Of a stretch of DNA of 64,000 bases, positions 43,157-56,334 are shown one piece after another. A program made the position numbers and the translations under genes. Source of the stretch: Eledone cirrhosa (lineage: Eukaryota); NCBI GenBank assembly GCA_964016885.1, contig OZ024743.1:79856001-79920000 (forward strand). The letters are read 5' to 3'. How positions within the stretch are numbered: position 1 is the stretch's first letter; each line of letters opens with the position of its first letter. Under the pieces are notes generated by a model. That model saw nothing but the letters and a program-made list of their open reading frames with translations, was not told where the DNA came from and did no database searches.

Positions 43157-45426
43157 AGCCGGCCTGAACCTATTCCTCCAAGATCACTGTGAAAATAATA
43201 ACATCATCACAGATGAAGAAGCAGCTGGAAAGAAAGTGGTTTGGGGATGTGCTGAACATCTAATCAACAAAACTGCGATATCGGAGGTGCGACAACTTAG
43301 GAGGAATATGGCTACAGTCTTGCTGGACTACAGGAAAGCTTTCGATTCAGTTCCCCACTCTTGGATGATAGAGGCCCTCGAACTTGCTAATGTCCCCGAC
43401 ATTATTATCAGAAGCATAGCGAAGCTGTCTTATTCTTGGGCTACTATCCTAAGGCTAAAGACAGAGAAGGAGGACTCTATTTTCACTGATACAATAAAAT
43501 ATCGCAGGGGTATATTTCAGGGAGACAGTCTCTCTGTGATATTATTCATCCTGTCATGAAACCCCTCGTCCTTTCTGCTCAAGAAATGTGAAGGATACAT
43601 CATTGGCCCACAGGAGGACAGAAATACGAACCTAACCCATAATTTCTTTGTGGTTGATCTGAAACTCTATGCCTAGAACATGGATGGGATGAAGAAAAAT
43701 CTTGACCTGGTTACAACAATCTCAAAGGATATAGGAATGGAGTTTGGCCAAGATAAATGCTCATACATAACTGTAAAGCGGGGAAAAACAACAACCCAAT
43801 TTAGCAACATTTGTATCAATGGCCTAACTGTTTCACCGATATCTGATGAGGACTGCTACATGTACCTGGGGATATATGAGAACATATCCTATAATGGTAT
43901 CTGTAATAAGGAACGCGTAACCAGGGAATACTACACCCGATTAAGAAAGATTTGATCATCGGAACTCTCTGCGCAAAACAAAACAGTGGCTCACAATGTG
44001 TTTGCTGTGCCTGTCCTAACACCAACATTTGGAATACTCAATTGGATGATAGATGAAATCCGAGCAGTTGATGTTGGAACTCGAAAAATACTAAACAACA
44101 CCGGAAATTTCTACATCAACAGTGACATAGACCGCCTTTACTTGAAACGTAAGCAGGGAGGCAGGGGCCTAACATCAGTCTAGACAGCATTTGAATGTCG
44201 CATCATATCCCTCCGACAACATATGCGAACCTCGAGGCGTAGGAGCCCCCCTCTCGAGCAAGTCTATCTGCATGAAACAGATAAGATCATGAGAGTTGGG
44301 AAGGAACTCCTCGAGAGGTATTCCCTGTGTGATAATCAAAAACGCACACCCAGAGAAGTCAATCAGCAATATCGCAGTGAATCCATGGATGAGAAACTGC
44401 CTACTTCTCAGCAAAAAATCATGCATGGATATGTTGCCAGGTAGCTCCAGAATGAGAGTAATATAGATAAGGAAAGTAGTTTATCTTGAACCAACAACCG
44501 CTATATTGGCTCCCACTTTGAAGGATACGCTTTTGCAATCCAAGAACGGGGAAATTAACACGAAATACCTGATTCACAAAAGTGTTAGGGATGCAGGCAA
44601 AACACCTAGATGTGATAACAAGTGCACACTCTGTAGAATTAACATGGAAGATGTCACCCATGTCATCAGTAGCTGTCCAAAGATGTCATCGCGGTACTAT
44701 CTACCTATGAGAAATGATGTAGTGGCCAAAACACTGTACAATGCAATCCGTAGAAAGGATAGCCCCGATAATAAACACATTAAAAGCTACAGCAATGTGG
44801 AAGACATCCATATACATAATATGAAAGAGTACTGGTGGAATGTTCCAGTAAAAACCCTAATAAATTGCAGGCATAACAGACCAGATATTATGATATGGGA
44901 CAGGGAACAGAAAGCATGCACAGTAGTGGAAATTAGCTGCCCAGCAGATGCCAATATTATATCAAAGATTAGCGAAAAGGAGAATATTTATGCAGAACCG
45001 TTGAGAAATCTGCAGATACTCCACCCTGATTACACCTTCAGATTTATGCCTGCGATTATTGGGGCACTGGGATATGTTAGTAACTGCCTCAATACAAATC
45101 TTGAGAAGCTAGGCTTCACAGGAACAGAAAGAACACAACTAGTTAGGAAATTACAAGTCCAATCCATTAATGGAACAGTTATAATATGTAAACCATTCCC
45201 AAAATTTTGCATCTAATAACTTCATATACACATGTACAGATACAACTCAAAACATACACAACCACACATACAATAACATCCATATCTACACATGCATGCA
45301 TGCAGGCATGCATACATAATCTACCTAGTTGATGTTGTGTAAATGACATGAGAGAGTCTTGTGTGTATGTTAGAAACCGACTCTCTCTGTATTGGTAAAC
45401 ATTTGTGAAATTATAAACCCAGAAGA
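43157..45426 (+). mobile_element. R4/Dong-like non-LTR retrotransposon (RT, CCHC, restriction-like endonuclease), 5'-truncated, in (CATA)n
   Basis: DYRKAFDSVPHSW, RGIFQGDSLS, RLYLKRKQGGRGL, CTLC...EDVTHVISSC, RNDVVAK, NRPDI...VVEISCP, IIGALG. Confidence 0.92.
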
Positions 45427-46344
45427 ACATACATACGTACATACATACATACGTACATGATGATGGCTGCCCTCTGGTTATCGAGTATGGCCATTGCACA
45501 ATATACCATTATTAATAATTATTAATTAATTCTATCGTGCAATGCCTGTGCGTGCAGATATTTTTTAAAGTGAGGAAAAGCTGTGCACTGAGCTAATCCC
45601 ACTCTCTGAGCGACAGTAGCTATAACCCGAAAATAAGAAAATATCAAAATTATCAGTAACTACTGAGCCGCAGGTTTTATATTGGAGTTAACCCAGTTTC
45701 CTGAGTTGCCTTCTACTAGAAGAATGCCCTGACAAAGTCTAGGGGTCCTTCACTCCCAGTTGTTTAACCGCGCGGTACATGTGTATATACATATTTACAC
45801 TCTTGAGTGCTACTGGTAACATGTAACCCAGTACACCTGTCGTATGGTCGGGTCGTCGGCGACTAAACCGGCAACCCCACCAAGTTTGCTTGGTGAGGAG
45901 GGTGATTTTGGACACCCTGCAGGACAAAAAACAAAACCTGACAAAGGGCGGAAGAACTCATAAGAGTCAACATACGTACATACATACATACATACATACA
46001 TACGTACATACATACGTACGTACGTACATACATACGTACATATATACGTACATACATACATACATACGTACATACATACATGCATACATACATACGTACA
46101 TATATACGCACATACATACATACATACGTACATACATACATACATACATACATACATGCATACATACATACATACATATATACGCACATACATACATACA
46201 TACATACATACATACATACATACATACATACATACATACATACGTACATACATATATACATATGTACGTACATACATACATATATGCATATATACACATA
46301 TATAGATAAATATACACGGGTGTGTGTGATTGTGTATAGAAGAT

Positions 46345-46698
46345 TATATTAATAAAAGGAATTCCAACTTTGTCTGATTTCCTCGTTTTATTTACAATCC
46401 TTTAAAATTTATAATGGTATTAGAATGAAATAGTATGGTAGAATATTAAATGTTAAGTGTTAATTGAACAAGTACTTTCATGCTTTCGCAATCTTCAGGT
46501 TCATATTTTGTGTTGACAGTTGCAAACTTGACTGTCACCACAGAATATGAACCTGAAGATCGCGAAAGCATGAAAGTACTTGTTCAATTAACACTTAACA
46601 TTTAATATTCTACCATACTATTTCATTCTAATACCATTATAAATTTTAAAGGATTGTAAATAAAACGAGGAAATCAGACAAAGTTGGAATTCCTTTTA

Positions 46699-46706
<8 letters not shown>
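46345..46706. repeat. Near-perfect 360-bp fold-back palindrome with two divergent HHRs (46465-46503 minus, 46548-46586 plus)
   Basis: Each arm reads TGAAC-CTGAAGA-t-(T/C)GC gaaa GCA-t-GAAA-GTAC-TT-GTTCA. Centre at about 46525. Confidence 0.9.
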
Positions 46707-46749
<43 letters not shown>

Positions 46750-46754
<5 letters not shown>

Positions 46755-47093
46755 ATTAAATACATGGAAACTATATTTATAAAACCATATTTATTTCGTT
46801 ATATATATTTCAGGGATATCATATTAACAATATGTTATGCCATCTTCAGACAAAATACAATATAAACAGTCTTATAAATAAATAGATACGACATACCTTT
46901 CAATCACCTTGCATTTGGGAGGTTGATTTGGCAAGGTGATTGAAAGGTATGTCGTATCTATTTATTTATAAGACTGTTTATATTGTATTTTGTCTGAAGA
47001 TGGCATAACATATTGTTAATATGATATCCCTGAAATATATATAACGAAATAAATATGGATTTATAAATATAGTTTCCATGTATTTAATATCAT
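46750..47093. repeat. Near-perfect 344-bp fold-back palindrome with two divergent HHRs (46794-46855 minus, 46988-47049 plus)
   Basis: Each arm reads TTTTGT-CTGAAGA-tGG...CCt-GAAA-TATATA-TA-ACGAAA. 18-nt spacer at 46913-46930. Confidence 0.9.
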
Positions 47094-47181
47094 AAATATA
47101 CTCCAAATACTTGTTGAGTGCTTTTATATCAGTTATAAATATTTACTCGTTGTTAACCCAACAATTTAAATATAACTTTCC

Positions 47182-47264
<83 letters not shown>

Positions 47265-47744
47265 TACATACATATGCAGACTTGAAATGAGGTTCTTGGT
47301 TTGTTGACTGAAAGCCATAAACTGCGATATGACAATGCAATGCTAATGTATAAGACAATGAGTTTCCAAGTAAATTATTGGAATATTTTAAAGGTTATAT
47401 GCACTGAACTTTCTCACCAGGAAGACATTTGCATATCATAACAATTTTTCTTCACAAAGACTTGAAATATGAAAGAAAGGATTGTGAATCTGAGAAATAT
47501 AGTCAACTAGTTGAAAACTAGTTAAAGAATATATTGATGACGTATGTAATCAATTGTTAGTTAATGGAAATTTGCCTCTAACTTAGAGAAAGAAAACAAA
47601 ACCCTAGCGGCAGTTGTTAGCGATTTCTAAAGAAAAGGTGAGATACTTTTGAAAAATAAATCAAGAATTTATCTCTGAAAATTAATTGACATGTTTAGGC
47701 AAAGGAATGTGTGATCTTTTTATCAGGTATAACTATGGATATGT

Positions 47745-47900
47745 ATAGCTGTGAAATTGCAGAGTTGTTAGAACACCGGATAGAATATTTTGTGGTATTG
47801 ATGTCAGCTTTCTGTTCTCTGAGTTCTAATCCCATCGAGGTCAACTTTACCTTTCATCCATTCGGAGTCGGTACAAAAGTACCAATCAACTACTGGGGTT
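47745..47900 (+). mobile_element. Degenerate tRNA-derived SINE
   Basis: GAGTTCTAATCCCATCGAGGTCAACTTTACCTTTCATCCATTCGGAGTCGG matches the SINE core. Confidence 0.7.
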
Positions 47901-48007
47901 GATTATACCTCTATATCTCTTTCTACGCCTCCATCAGGGGTTAGGGGACCATACTCGCATGGACATATTCCACTCTATTAAGAGGGAAATTTCAGTCAAA
48001 TGAAGAA

Positions 48008-48271
48008 CATTTTAATATGACATTCAGTAAGTCCTCCATTTTTTTAAATCCACATTTTAAGATGACATTCAGTAAGTCCTCACTTTTATTATCCACATTT
48101 TAAGATGACATTCAGTAAGTCCTCACGTTTTTTATCCACATTTTAATATGACATTCAGTAAGTCCTCACGTTTTTTATCCACATTTTAATATGACATTCG
48201 GTTAGTCCTCACGTTTTTTATCCACATTTTAATATGACATTCAGTAAGTCCTCACGTTTTTTATCCACATT
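48008..48271. repeat. About 43-bp tandem repeat, 6 copies
   Basis: Unit CATTTTAATATGACATTCAGTAAGTCCTCACGTTTTTTATCCA. Confidence 0.93.
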
Positions 48272-48568
48272 CATACCAATGGCTCATCATGGCTATTTTC
48301 TGTAGCTCGTGATATTTTTCAATTAAAATGTATCAATATTAGCAGTAGAGGCTGTTCATCAAATTGGACCAAGGAAACAATGTTTCCATCGGTTTTCTAT
48401 TGCTGATACTACCAGTGAAAATATCTGGTAGAAGAAAGGAGTTGATTACCAGATCGAACCATTGCTAAAACTATCTACTGGTCATAAGTCCTGGCAGATA
48501 GAAGGAGGTGGTTGTCAGAAAGGACCAATGAAATAATGTTTCCATTGGTCTTTTCATTGCTGATACTA

Positions 48569-49065
48569 TTTATTAGTAACAATTCCTAGTCTTTTCTTTG
48601 TTAAAACCATCTGTTACTATTAAAGATTACTAACTTAACTATATAAAACTATTAAACAGAATTCGTAATATAATCAGCTTGTCTCCCCACAGTCCCGGCA
48701 GACAGAATAGAGAAGGCGTTTCCCCGGAGGACAGCAAGGGAGACGCGTTGGAAAAGCCACTCCAACTCGCGGGGCTCATACCTGCGGCTGGCCAACTCAG
48801 CGCCTATGGTGGTGAGTAGAGAGGTAGCCCTAGGGCCGAGGACACCAGAAGTCTCCACTGCCAAGGGTACAACCGCAAACCTGTCGGAGATCGACCGGTA
48901 TTTGAAGAGCTTGGCCTCCTCAGCCCGACGTGCAGCAGAACCTGGGCTAGTCGCAGACTGCACCAGGTTGCGGCTGCAGAAAGTGTCGGTGTAAGTGGCA
49001 TCCCAAACGAAGGGTTTGCCACCGCGGAACGGGAAGATGGTCATGTCATCTGGCCTTGTCGGCCG
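48569..49065 (-). mobile_element. CRE-like non-LTR retrotransposon 3' fragment (restriction-like endonuclease)
   Basis: RPD..TIFPF..GK..VWDAT..DT...AARRAEEAK..KY...VPLAVETSGVLG...FQRVSLAVLRGNA; short 3' UTR with AATAAA. Confidence 0.8.
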
Positions 49066-49513
49066 CAACTCATAGCAAAGTTACAAAAGGAAATAAATAA
49101 TTGTGCGCAAGAATACAACACACAGCGACCGGTTCAGAAACAAAATCCAACAAGATCCTCAGCACAACACCCTAATCATTTTGTTATGTCATTTCACTTA
49201 ATTAATATAACCCCCTACCCCCACCTCCACCCCCACCCCAGAAAACACACAAAGATACAAAGATAAATAAAAACATACATAGGACCTAAAACTGTACTTA
49301 TTACTTTATTTACTTGTAAAATATGCTTTTTTACCTCAAGACTGAAGAAATTTACGTAAATACTTTAGATAAATTATTTTATAAACCACTAACCTTTTCC
49401 TGCTCTGTCTACTGTGGAGCTTGGGGATGTAATATTGTTGGTTCTGTCTGGAGTTAGAAATTACAACTTTCAGAAAAGGTTACATATCCTTTGACATTCC
49501 TATTAAATACACA

Positions 49514-49561
<48 letters not shown>

Positions 49562-49597
49562 CACAAATATATATATATATGCATATATATATTTATA

Positions 49598-49687
<90 letters not shown>

Positions 49688-49721
49688 CACACACACGCAC
49701 ATATATATATATATGTATATA

Positions 49722-49828
<107 letters not shown>

Positions 49829-50187
49829 GCCTATATATATTTATATTTTTATATATATATAGACATATAGATATCACATATACACACACACATACACACA
49901 CACATATTTATATATGTGTGTGTGTGTATGAGTGTGTATGTGACCCTAAACCACACGGAGAAGGAGAAAAATCCACTGGGTTTCAACAGACTAATCAATG
50001 GTTTAACATCGACAGTCTTTTAATTGATTTTTACATGAGAGATTTAGAGGGGAGAGGGTCAGAACCCTGCCCTTGTTAAGGCCCTAAATACTGAGAAGGT
50101 AGCAATGTAGTTGATGTTTTGCTTCATCTATTGTAGGTTCAGTCCTTTTTAAATGACATATGTAGAGATGGAGCTACAGAGGGGTCA

Positions 50188-50338
50188 TTTCTGGGATTAG
50201 TGGATTGTGAAGTAGAAGAGGTCAAGGTTATGGGATTAGTGGTTTGTGAAGTAGAAGGGGCCAAGGTTCTGGGATTAGTAGTTTGTGTAGTAGAAGCGGT
50301 CAAGATTGTGGGATTAGTGGTTTGTGAAGTAGAAGGAA
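50188..50338. repeat. 39-bp tandem repeat, about 4 copies
   Basis: GGGATTAGTGGTTTGTGAAGTAGAAG recurs every 39 nt. Confidence 0.85.
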
Positions 50339-50436
50339 AAGAGGATGGACGCAATATGGGTGATGAGAAAACGAGGACATGTTATACGAAAGGGATTCTC
50401 AGACCGGGGTTTTGGGGGCAGAAAATAGTTTTTAAA

Positions 50437-50630
50437 TATTTGTTTCTACTTTTGGCACAAGTCCAGCAATTATATCAGTGTATTACTGGTACTTTCTTTT
50501 ATCGACACAGTAAGGATAAAAGGCAAAATTAACCTCAGCAGGATTTGAACTGAGACCATAAAGGGCCGTAACTCTTTGCTGCAAAGCATAGCGCCTGACC
50601 CTCTACCAGTACTGCTAATCTACCGCCCTC
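50437..50630 (-). mobile_element. tRNA-derived SINE, full length
   Basis: Reverse complement of the 29141-29327 family. Confidence 0.85.
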
Positions 50631-50936
50631 TAAATAGTTAAAAGATATTGACGACTAACGTCGCTAATGTTCAATAACTGCCGATCAGAGAATAGAAAGA
50701 GGATCGCAGAATCAATAAAAGACAAAAAATATTTGTTGTTTTACATAAACATACATAGATACACATACACACATACAGACACACACACACACACACACAC
50801 ACACATAAACACAGACACACATACACACATACACACACACACACATATAAACACAGACACAAACGGTCTCTTTCTCCCTCTCTCTGTCTCTCTGTCACTC
50901 TCTCTCTCTCACACAAACGTATTTACATAGACATGT

Positions 50937-50990
<54 letters not shown>

Positions 50991-51452
50991 TATTCCCTGT
51001 GAGGAAAGGACAGCATGAATGAGATATTTGCATGTTACATGTGAATTTGTTAGTGGAGAAGTGAAACCTTACCACTGGGATTATATTGGGACATTAAAAA
51101 AATATCATATTACTGTATGGAAGTACTGATGCACTGGACACAAACAGACATACACACACACTGATACACACACACACACTGGTACACACACACACACCCA
51201 CACAGACAGAAGCACACACACTGATACACACACATACACACACAGACACATACAGACACACAGACAGAAACACACAGTCAGGCACACACACATACACTGA
51301 GACAGACACACACTGATACACATATACACACACAGACATACACACACACACACAAACAGAGACACACACACATACACATATACGTGCGTCTGAATGCATG
51401 CATGTGTATCTATCAATCTATCAATCAATCAATCTATCTATCTCTCTATCTC

Positions 51453-51485
<33 letters not shown>

Positions 51486-51486
<1 letters not shown>

Positions 51487-54400
51487 AAAAACGAAATTGA
51501 GCTGGTTCTAAGAAACTCCATAAAGGACATTGCCTTCATACAGAAGGGAAAACTCTTCGGGAGTTTATCAATAATAATGAAAGACCAATTGATGGCACAG
51601 AAATATTCTGTGTCGCCAATTGTGTCCCCTCTCTACACCTTTTTCCCCACATACATGGGAAAAAGGAGCCAAATAATAAAAAGAACAAATATCACACCAA
51701 ATGTAAACATCTGGTGGATAACAGCTGGTTTCATCAATTTTGATGAAGACACAGTAATTTCGGTAGGAAAGTCCTCCAGGGTCGTATTCAACGGTACAAG
51801 AAGTTCTGGTCCAAATGAGACCAGAACGGATAGCTAGAATACCACAACGTGTGCCTATGGATGGAAATTCCTACATAAACATTTCTGTTGAGGGTAGGCG
51901 GCCTTCATGTTACCACTGTTTAAGCAGTGGTCACCTGAGGGCTTCCTGTCCTCAATTAACTGTATTAAAAAAGGCACTACTGCCGACACCCAGCACAACA
52001 ACACAACCACCACCACCACAACAACAACAACAACAACAACACACAAAAACAAACCAAACTGCAAACACAGTCCCACCCAACCCCTCCCCACCTTAAACAA
52101 CTCCAGAAACACCCACACAGATAAGAGCTGCTCAAAATGTACCCCTCCCCAACAACACGGATGAGGCATCATCATCGTCAACAAGTGACGATGAGGGAGA
52201 GCCTATTCGACTAGTAAAAAGAAAAAAGAAAAAAGAAAAGACATAACACAAACAAAAATGCAACAAACACACAAACACCAATACAAGCGACGCAAACAGC
52301 ACAAACAAAAACACCCCCTCCTGAAAACAATACACTTACTACAAAACGTAAACACACACAAGAACCACAGAAGAAAAGCAACACAACACAACAAAAATGT
52401 TACACCTACATAAATACTAACAATAAAACTTTAACAGACACCATATATAAAAACCCTTCGGTGGAGACCGAAGGGAAAACTTTTACACACTCTGCGGAGA
52501 ATCCTAATCTTAAAATGATTAGGATCTCCATGGACACACATAAACAGTTAAAAGAAAAATTACCTAACGTCCTTTTGAAATGTTTCCCCACCCCTATCCC
52601 AGACACTCCCACCCAGACGCCACCACCCCACCTGATACCCCCTCCCCACCAAACATCTCCGTCCCAACCCCGCCAGAGACCACCACCCCACCAATACTAC
52701 CCCTCCAACACCCCCATGGAAATTGTGCAGCCTGGTCCCCAGGAGACGAAGAGTGATTTCTTTTCCTCTTCTTTTAACTTATCAGCACCAACATAGCCAA
52801 TATAAGAGTTGGATGTGTGAATGTACGCGGCCTCGGGATGCCCTGGAAACAGAGCAAACTCTTAAACGACCTCAGGTCGCACAGTATGGATGTAGTAGCC
52901 ATTTGCGAGTCCAGGATCCACAGTGAGCGACAACTGGCCCCCATCTTCGACGACTTTGAAATCTACGCATCTCTCTGTCAGCCGGGAGGTGGGGGTGGGA
53001 TTGCAGTTTTTCTGCGGAAAAACCTGGACCTCGTAACACAGACGGTACATCTGGACCTGGAGGGTCGACTGGTGGTCCTAGACATTGACGGTAGTGAAGG
53101 TCGAGCCTTCAGGCTGGTGGCCGCATATGCCCCATCCGGGACACAGCGGCCAGACTTCTTCAAACGTCTAGAGACTTTTCTGTGAACGTCCCGCTCCCTG
53201 CTGTTAGTGGGGGACTGGAATGGAATCCTAGATGCACGTTGGGACTATGTGGGAGCATGTCCCGATAGAGGGGTGTAACAGCCTCAAACAGTTAATCAGC
53301 CGATTTGACCTGGCCGATAGATTTCGACTAGATTTTGCGACTGTGCCACTGTGGACGTGGACTAATCCTAGCGGAACATCTAGATCGTACCTAGATAGGG
53401 TTCTAGTTAGAAAGAAGGATAGGGACATGTTAAGCTGTCCACAAATGTTCATGGTTGCCTATTCAGATCACATATTAGTGACCTGCTTAGTCAACCTTAA
53501 CAAAACCCATAGATAGGGACCCGGCTACTGGAAGCTGAACTTGTCGTTACCGACATGCAAAGCCTACAGTAGACGGATTAGCACTTTAGTCAAACAGCAC
53601 TTGACGGGAGCCATTGTCAACAACAGATGGTGGTACTCTCTCAAGAGGGCAGCTAGATTAGACTCGATAGGTTTTAGTAAAGAATTAGTTTTAGATAGAA
53701 ATAAGACCGAAAAGGAACTGGTAGATAAAGTAGAAGAGGCACTTAGGAGTGGCAACGTAGCCAGCGTGCTAGCGACGAGAACGGCCTTGGACCAGTTCTT
53801 CGACGCAAAGCATGAAGGCTGCGCTGTCAGAAGCAAAATACGTGCTCTAGGAAACGAGGGAGCCAAAGCTGTTAGCTGGGCCCGAGTGACGGAGGTGAAA
53901 AGTGGCAAGAATCCACGATTCGTCTTTGAAGGACCAAGACGGACACGTGATACGTGAGCCGAAGCAAATGTGCGCGGCCTTTCAGCGGCACTTTGCTCAA
54001 ATGTTCGGGCAGGGCGGCGCGCTGGGAGTGGCTATGGATTTCGGTTCATAACTCGACGGGCTACCGCGACTCCTGGACAGCGAGGTGAAGTTCTGCGAAA
54101 GGCCGATTTCGGCCGCTGAGATAGGGGATGCGCTGAGCCAATGCGGAAAACGCAAATCTCCACGTCTCGACGGTCTACCCTACGAATTTTACGTAGCAAT
54201 GCCGGACTTGTTCTCTGGTCTCCTGGAAGCGGTCTACTGCAACTGGCAGCAGAACGGGAGAATTCCCAGTTCTGTGACCAAGGGCGTAATCACGTTAGTC
54301 AGGAAGGACGAGAACAAGGGGGATGACATAGGCAACTTCCGGCCCATAACACTGCTCAACACAGAGTTACAGATTTTGGCCAAGGTATTGGTAAAGAGGC

Positions 54401-54992
54401 TGGCGCTTGTCGAAAACCTGGTGGGAGAAGCGCAGACATGCGCAATCCCGACCAGGTCCATACACGATAACCTCCACCTCATAGAGAGGGTAGGGTGTAA
54501 ACCCGGCTTCGGTGGGGCTCTGATCAACTTGGATCAGTCTAAGGCTTTCGATAGCGTTGACCATCGTTACCTGGATGCGGTGCTCGAGGCGGCAGGCTTC
54601 GGTCCCGTGTTCAGGGGTTGGATTGCTGCAATTCACAACAGCAACATCTTCTCAAGGGTCAAGGTGAACGGTTACCTCTCGGAGCCGTTCTATATCACGC
54701 GATCTATCCGACAGGGATACCCTCTCTCCTCCCTTCTGTACGTACTGACTCTCGAGCCACTACTGCGGAAGTTGGAGATATTGCAGGGCATCCCTTTGGA
54801 ACCGGGACTGCGAAAAGAGGCGTCGTTCTACGCCGACGACGTGACAGTACTGGTGTCGAGCACCTCGCAAGTCGGGGAGATCGGCACCTTACTGGAGGAA
54901 TACGAAAGATCCACAGGAGCGAAGCTGAACCGGGACAAATCCGTCGGTTTGCAACTCGGAAAGTGGAGAGGCAAACCGATGCCTTCCGATGA
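51486..54992 (+). mobile_element. L1/Tx1-clade LINE: partial ORF1 (CCHC knuckle) plus ORF2 APE-RT, 3'-truncated
   Basis: VEGRRPSCYHCLSSGHLRASC; NVRGLG, RLVAAYAP, SYLDRV, YSDH; NFRPITLLN, LDQSKAFD, SIRQGYPLS, FYADD. The 5' junction is in (TCTA)n. Confidence 0.93.
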
Positions 54993-54994
54993 CT

Positions 54995-56030
54995 GAATGT
55001 TGTCAACCCCCAATACAACACCCCTCCCAGTTGCTAACCTCTCTCAGCGGGAGTGGGTGTCCCTGAATCGACTACGCACAGATGCCGATTCAATGCAGCC
55101 ATACACCACAGGAGGTTGCAGCCACCAACAGCTTGCCAGTGTAGCTCGCCAGAGAGCAGTCTGGCCATAACAACAGGAGGTTGCAGCCCCCAACAGCTCG
55201 CCAGAAGAGCAGTCTGGCCATACACCACAGGAGGTTGCAGCCCCCAACAGCTCGCCAGAAGAGCAGTCTGGCCATACACCACAGGAGGTTGCAGCCCCCA
55301 ACAGCTCGCCAGAAGAGCAGTCTGGCCATAACAACAGGAGGTTGCAGCCTCCAACAGCTCACCAGAAGAGCAGTCTGGCCATAACAACAGGAGGTTGCAG
55401 CCTCCAACAGCTCGCCAGAAGAGCAGTCTGGCCATAACAACAGGAGGTTGCAGCCCCTAACAGCTCGCTAGAAGAGCAGTCTGGCCATAACAACAGGAGG
55501 TTGCAGCCCCTAACAGCTCACCAGAAGAGCAGTCTGGCCATAACAACAGGAGGTTGCAGCCCCTAACAGCTCGCCAGAAGAGCAGTCTGGCCATAACAAC
55601 AGGAGGTTGCAGCCCCCAACAGCTCACCAGAAGAGCAGTCTGGCCATAACAACAGGAGGTTGCAGCCCCCAACAGCTCACCAGAAGAGCAGTGTGGCCAT
55701 ACACCACAGGAGGTTGCAGCCTCCAACAGCTCACCAGAAGAGCAGTCTGGCGATACACCACAGGAGGTTGCAGCCTCCAACAGCTCGCCAGAGACCAGTC
55801 TGGCCATACACCACAGGAGGTTGCAGCCCCCAACAGCTCGCCAGAGACCAGTCTGGCCATACACCACAGGAGGTTGCAGCCCCCAACAGCTCACCAGAAG
55901 AGCAGCCTGCAACACATACAGAGTGATTGCCCGGGTCTCAACCCACCTAACAACGTGGACCTCATCTATCTTAATCTCATTGCCGTGAACTAGTTACAGC
56001 GCTTGGGGTATATCACATACGAAAGATGAC
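54995..56030 (+). mobile_element. Ingi/Vingi-like LINE 3' fragment whose Cys-His region has expanded into a minisatellite
   Basis: NLSQREWVSLNRLRT...CQC before the array; LQHIQSDCP...DL and terminal CATACGAAAGA after it. The family call is from motif recall. Confidence 0.7.
55098..55908. repeat. 53/54-bp minisatellite, about 15 copies
   Basis: Unit GCCATACACCACAGGAGGTTGCAGCCCCCAACAGCTCGCCAGAAGAGCAGTCTG, with a 53-bp GCCATAACAAC variant. Confidence 0.95.
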
Positions 56031-56334
56031 CAGGCTGTTAGTGGCTGAGCATTCCATAGACATTGTTAACTAATTTCTCAAGGAGATTCAGCGTGACACA
56101 CTGTGTGAAGAGACCGTCTCTTTGAATTAGAGTTACAACCATTAATAAAAACAATGAAATACATTATTACTATGTAAGAATGAAGTCTCTAATAAACTCG
56201 AGTAGCCTTGTGGTCATTCTGAGGGAGATTCGGGGAGACACAGTGTGTTACATGATTGGTCCTTAGATTACAGGGATAGCCCATCTTTGTTATAGTGAAA
56301 GTGGGTGATCATTTCATTGACAAGTGTACACATA

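Noticed and set aside
50139-50532. Overlapping ORFs with Thr/Ser-rich or Val/Glu-rich 13-aa repeats
   Set aside because: Explained by a 39-bp tandem repeat running into a SINE; no independent coding evidence.
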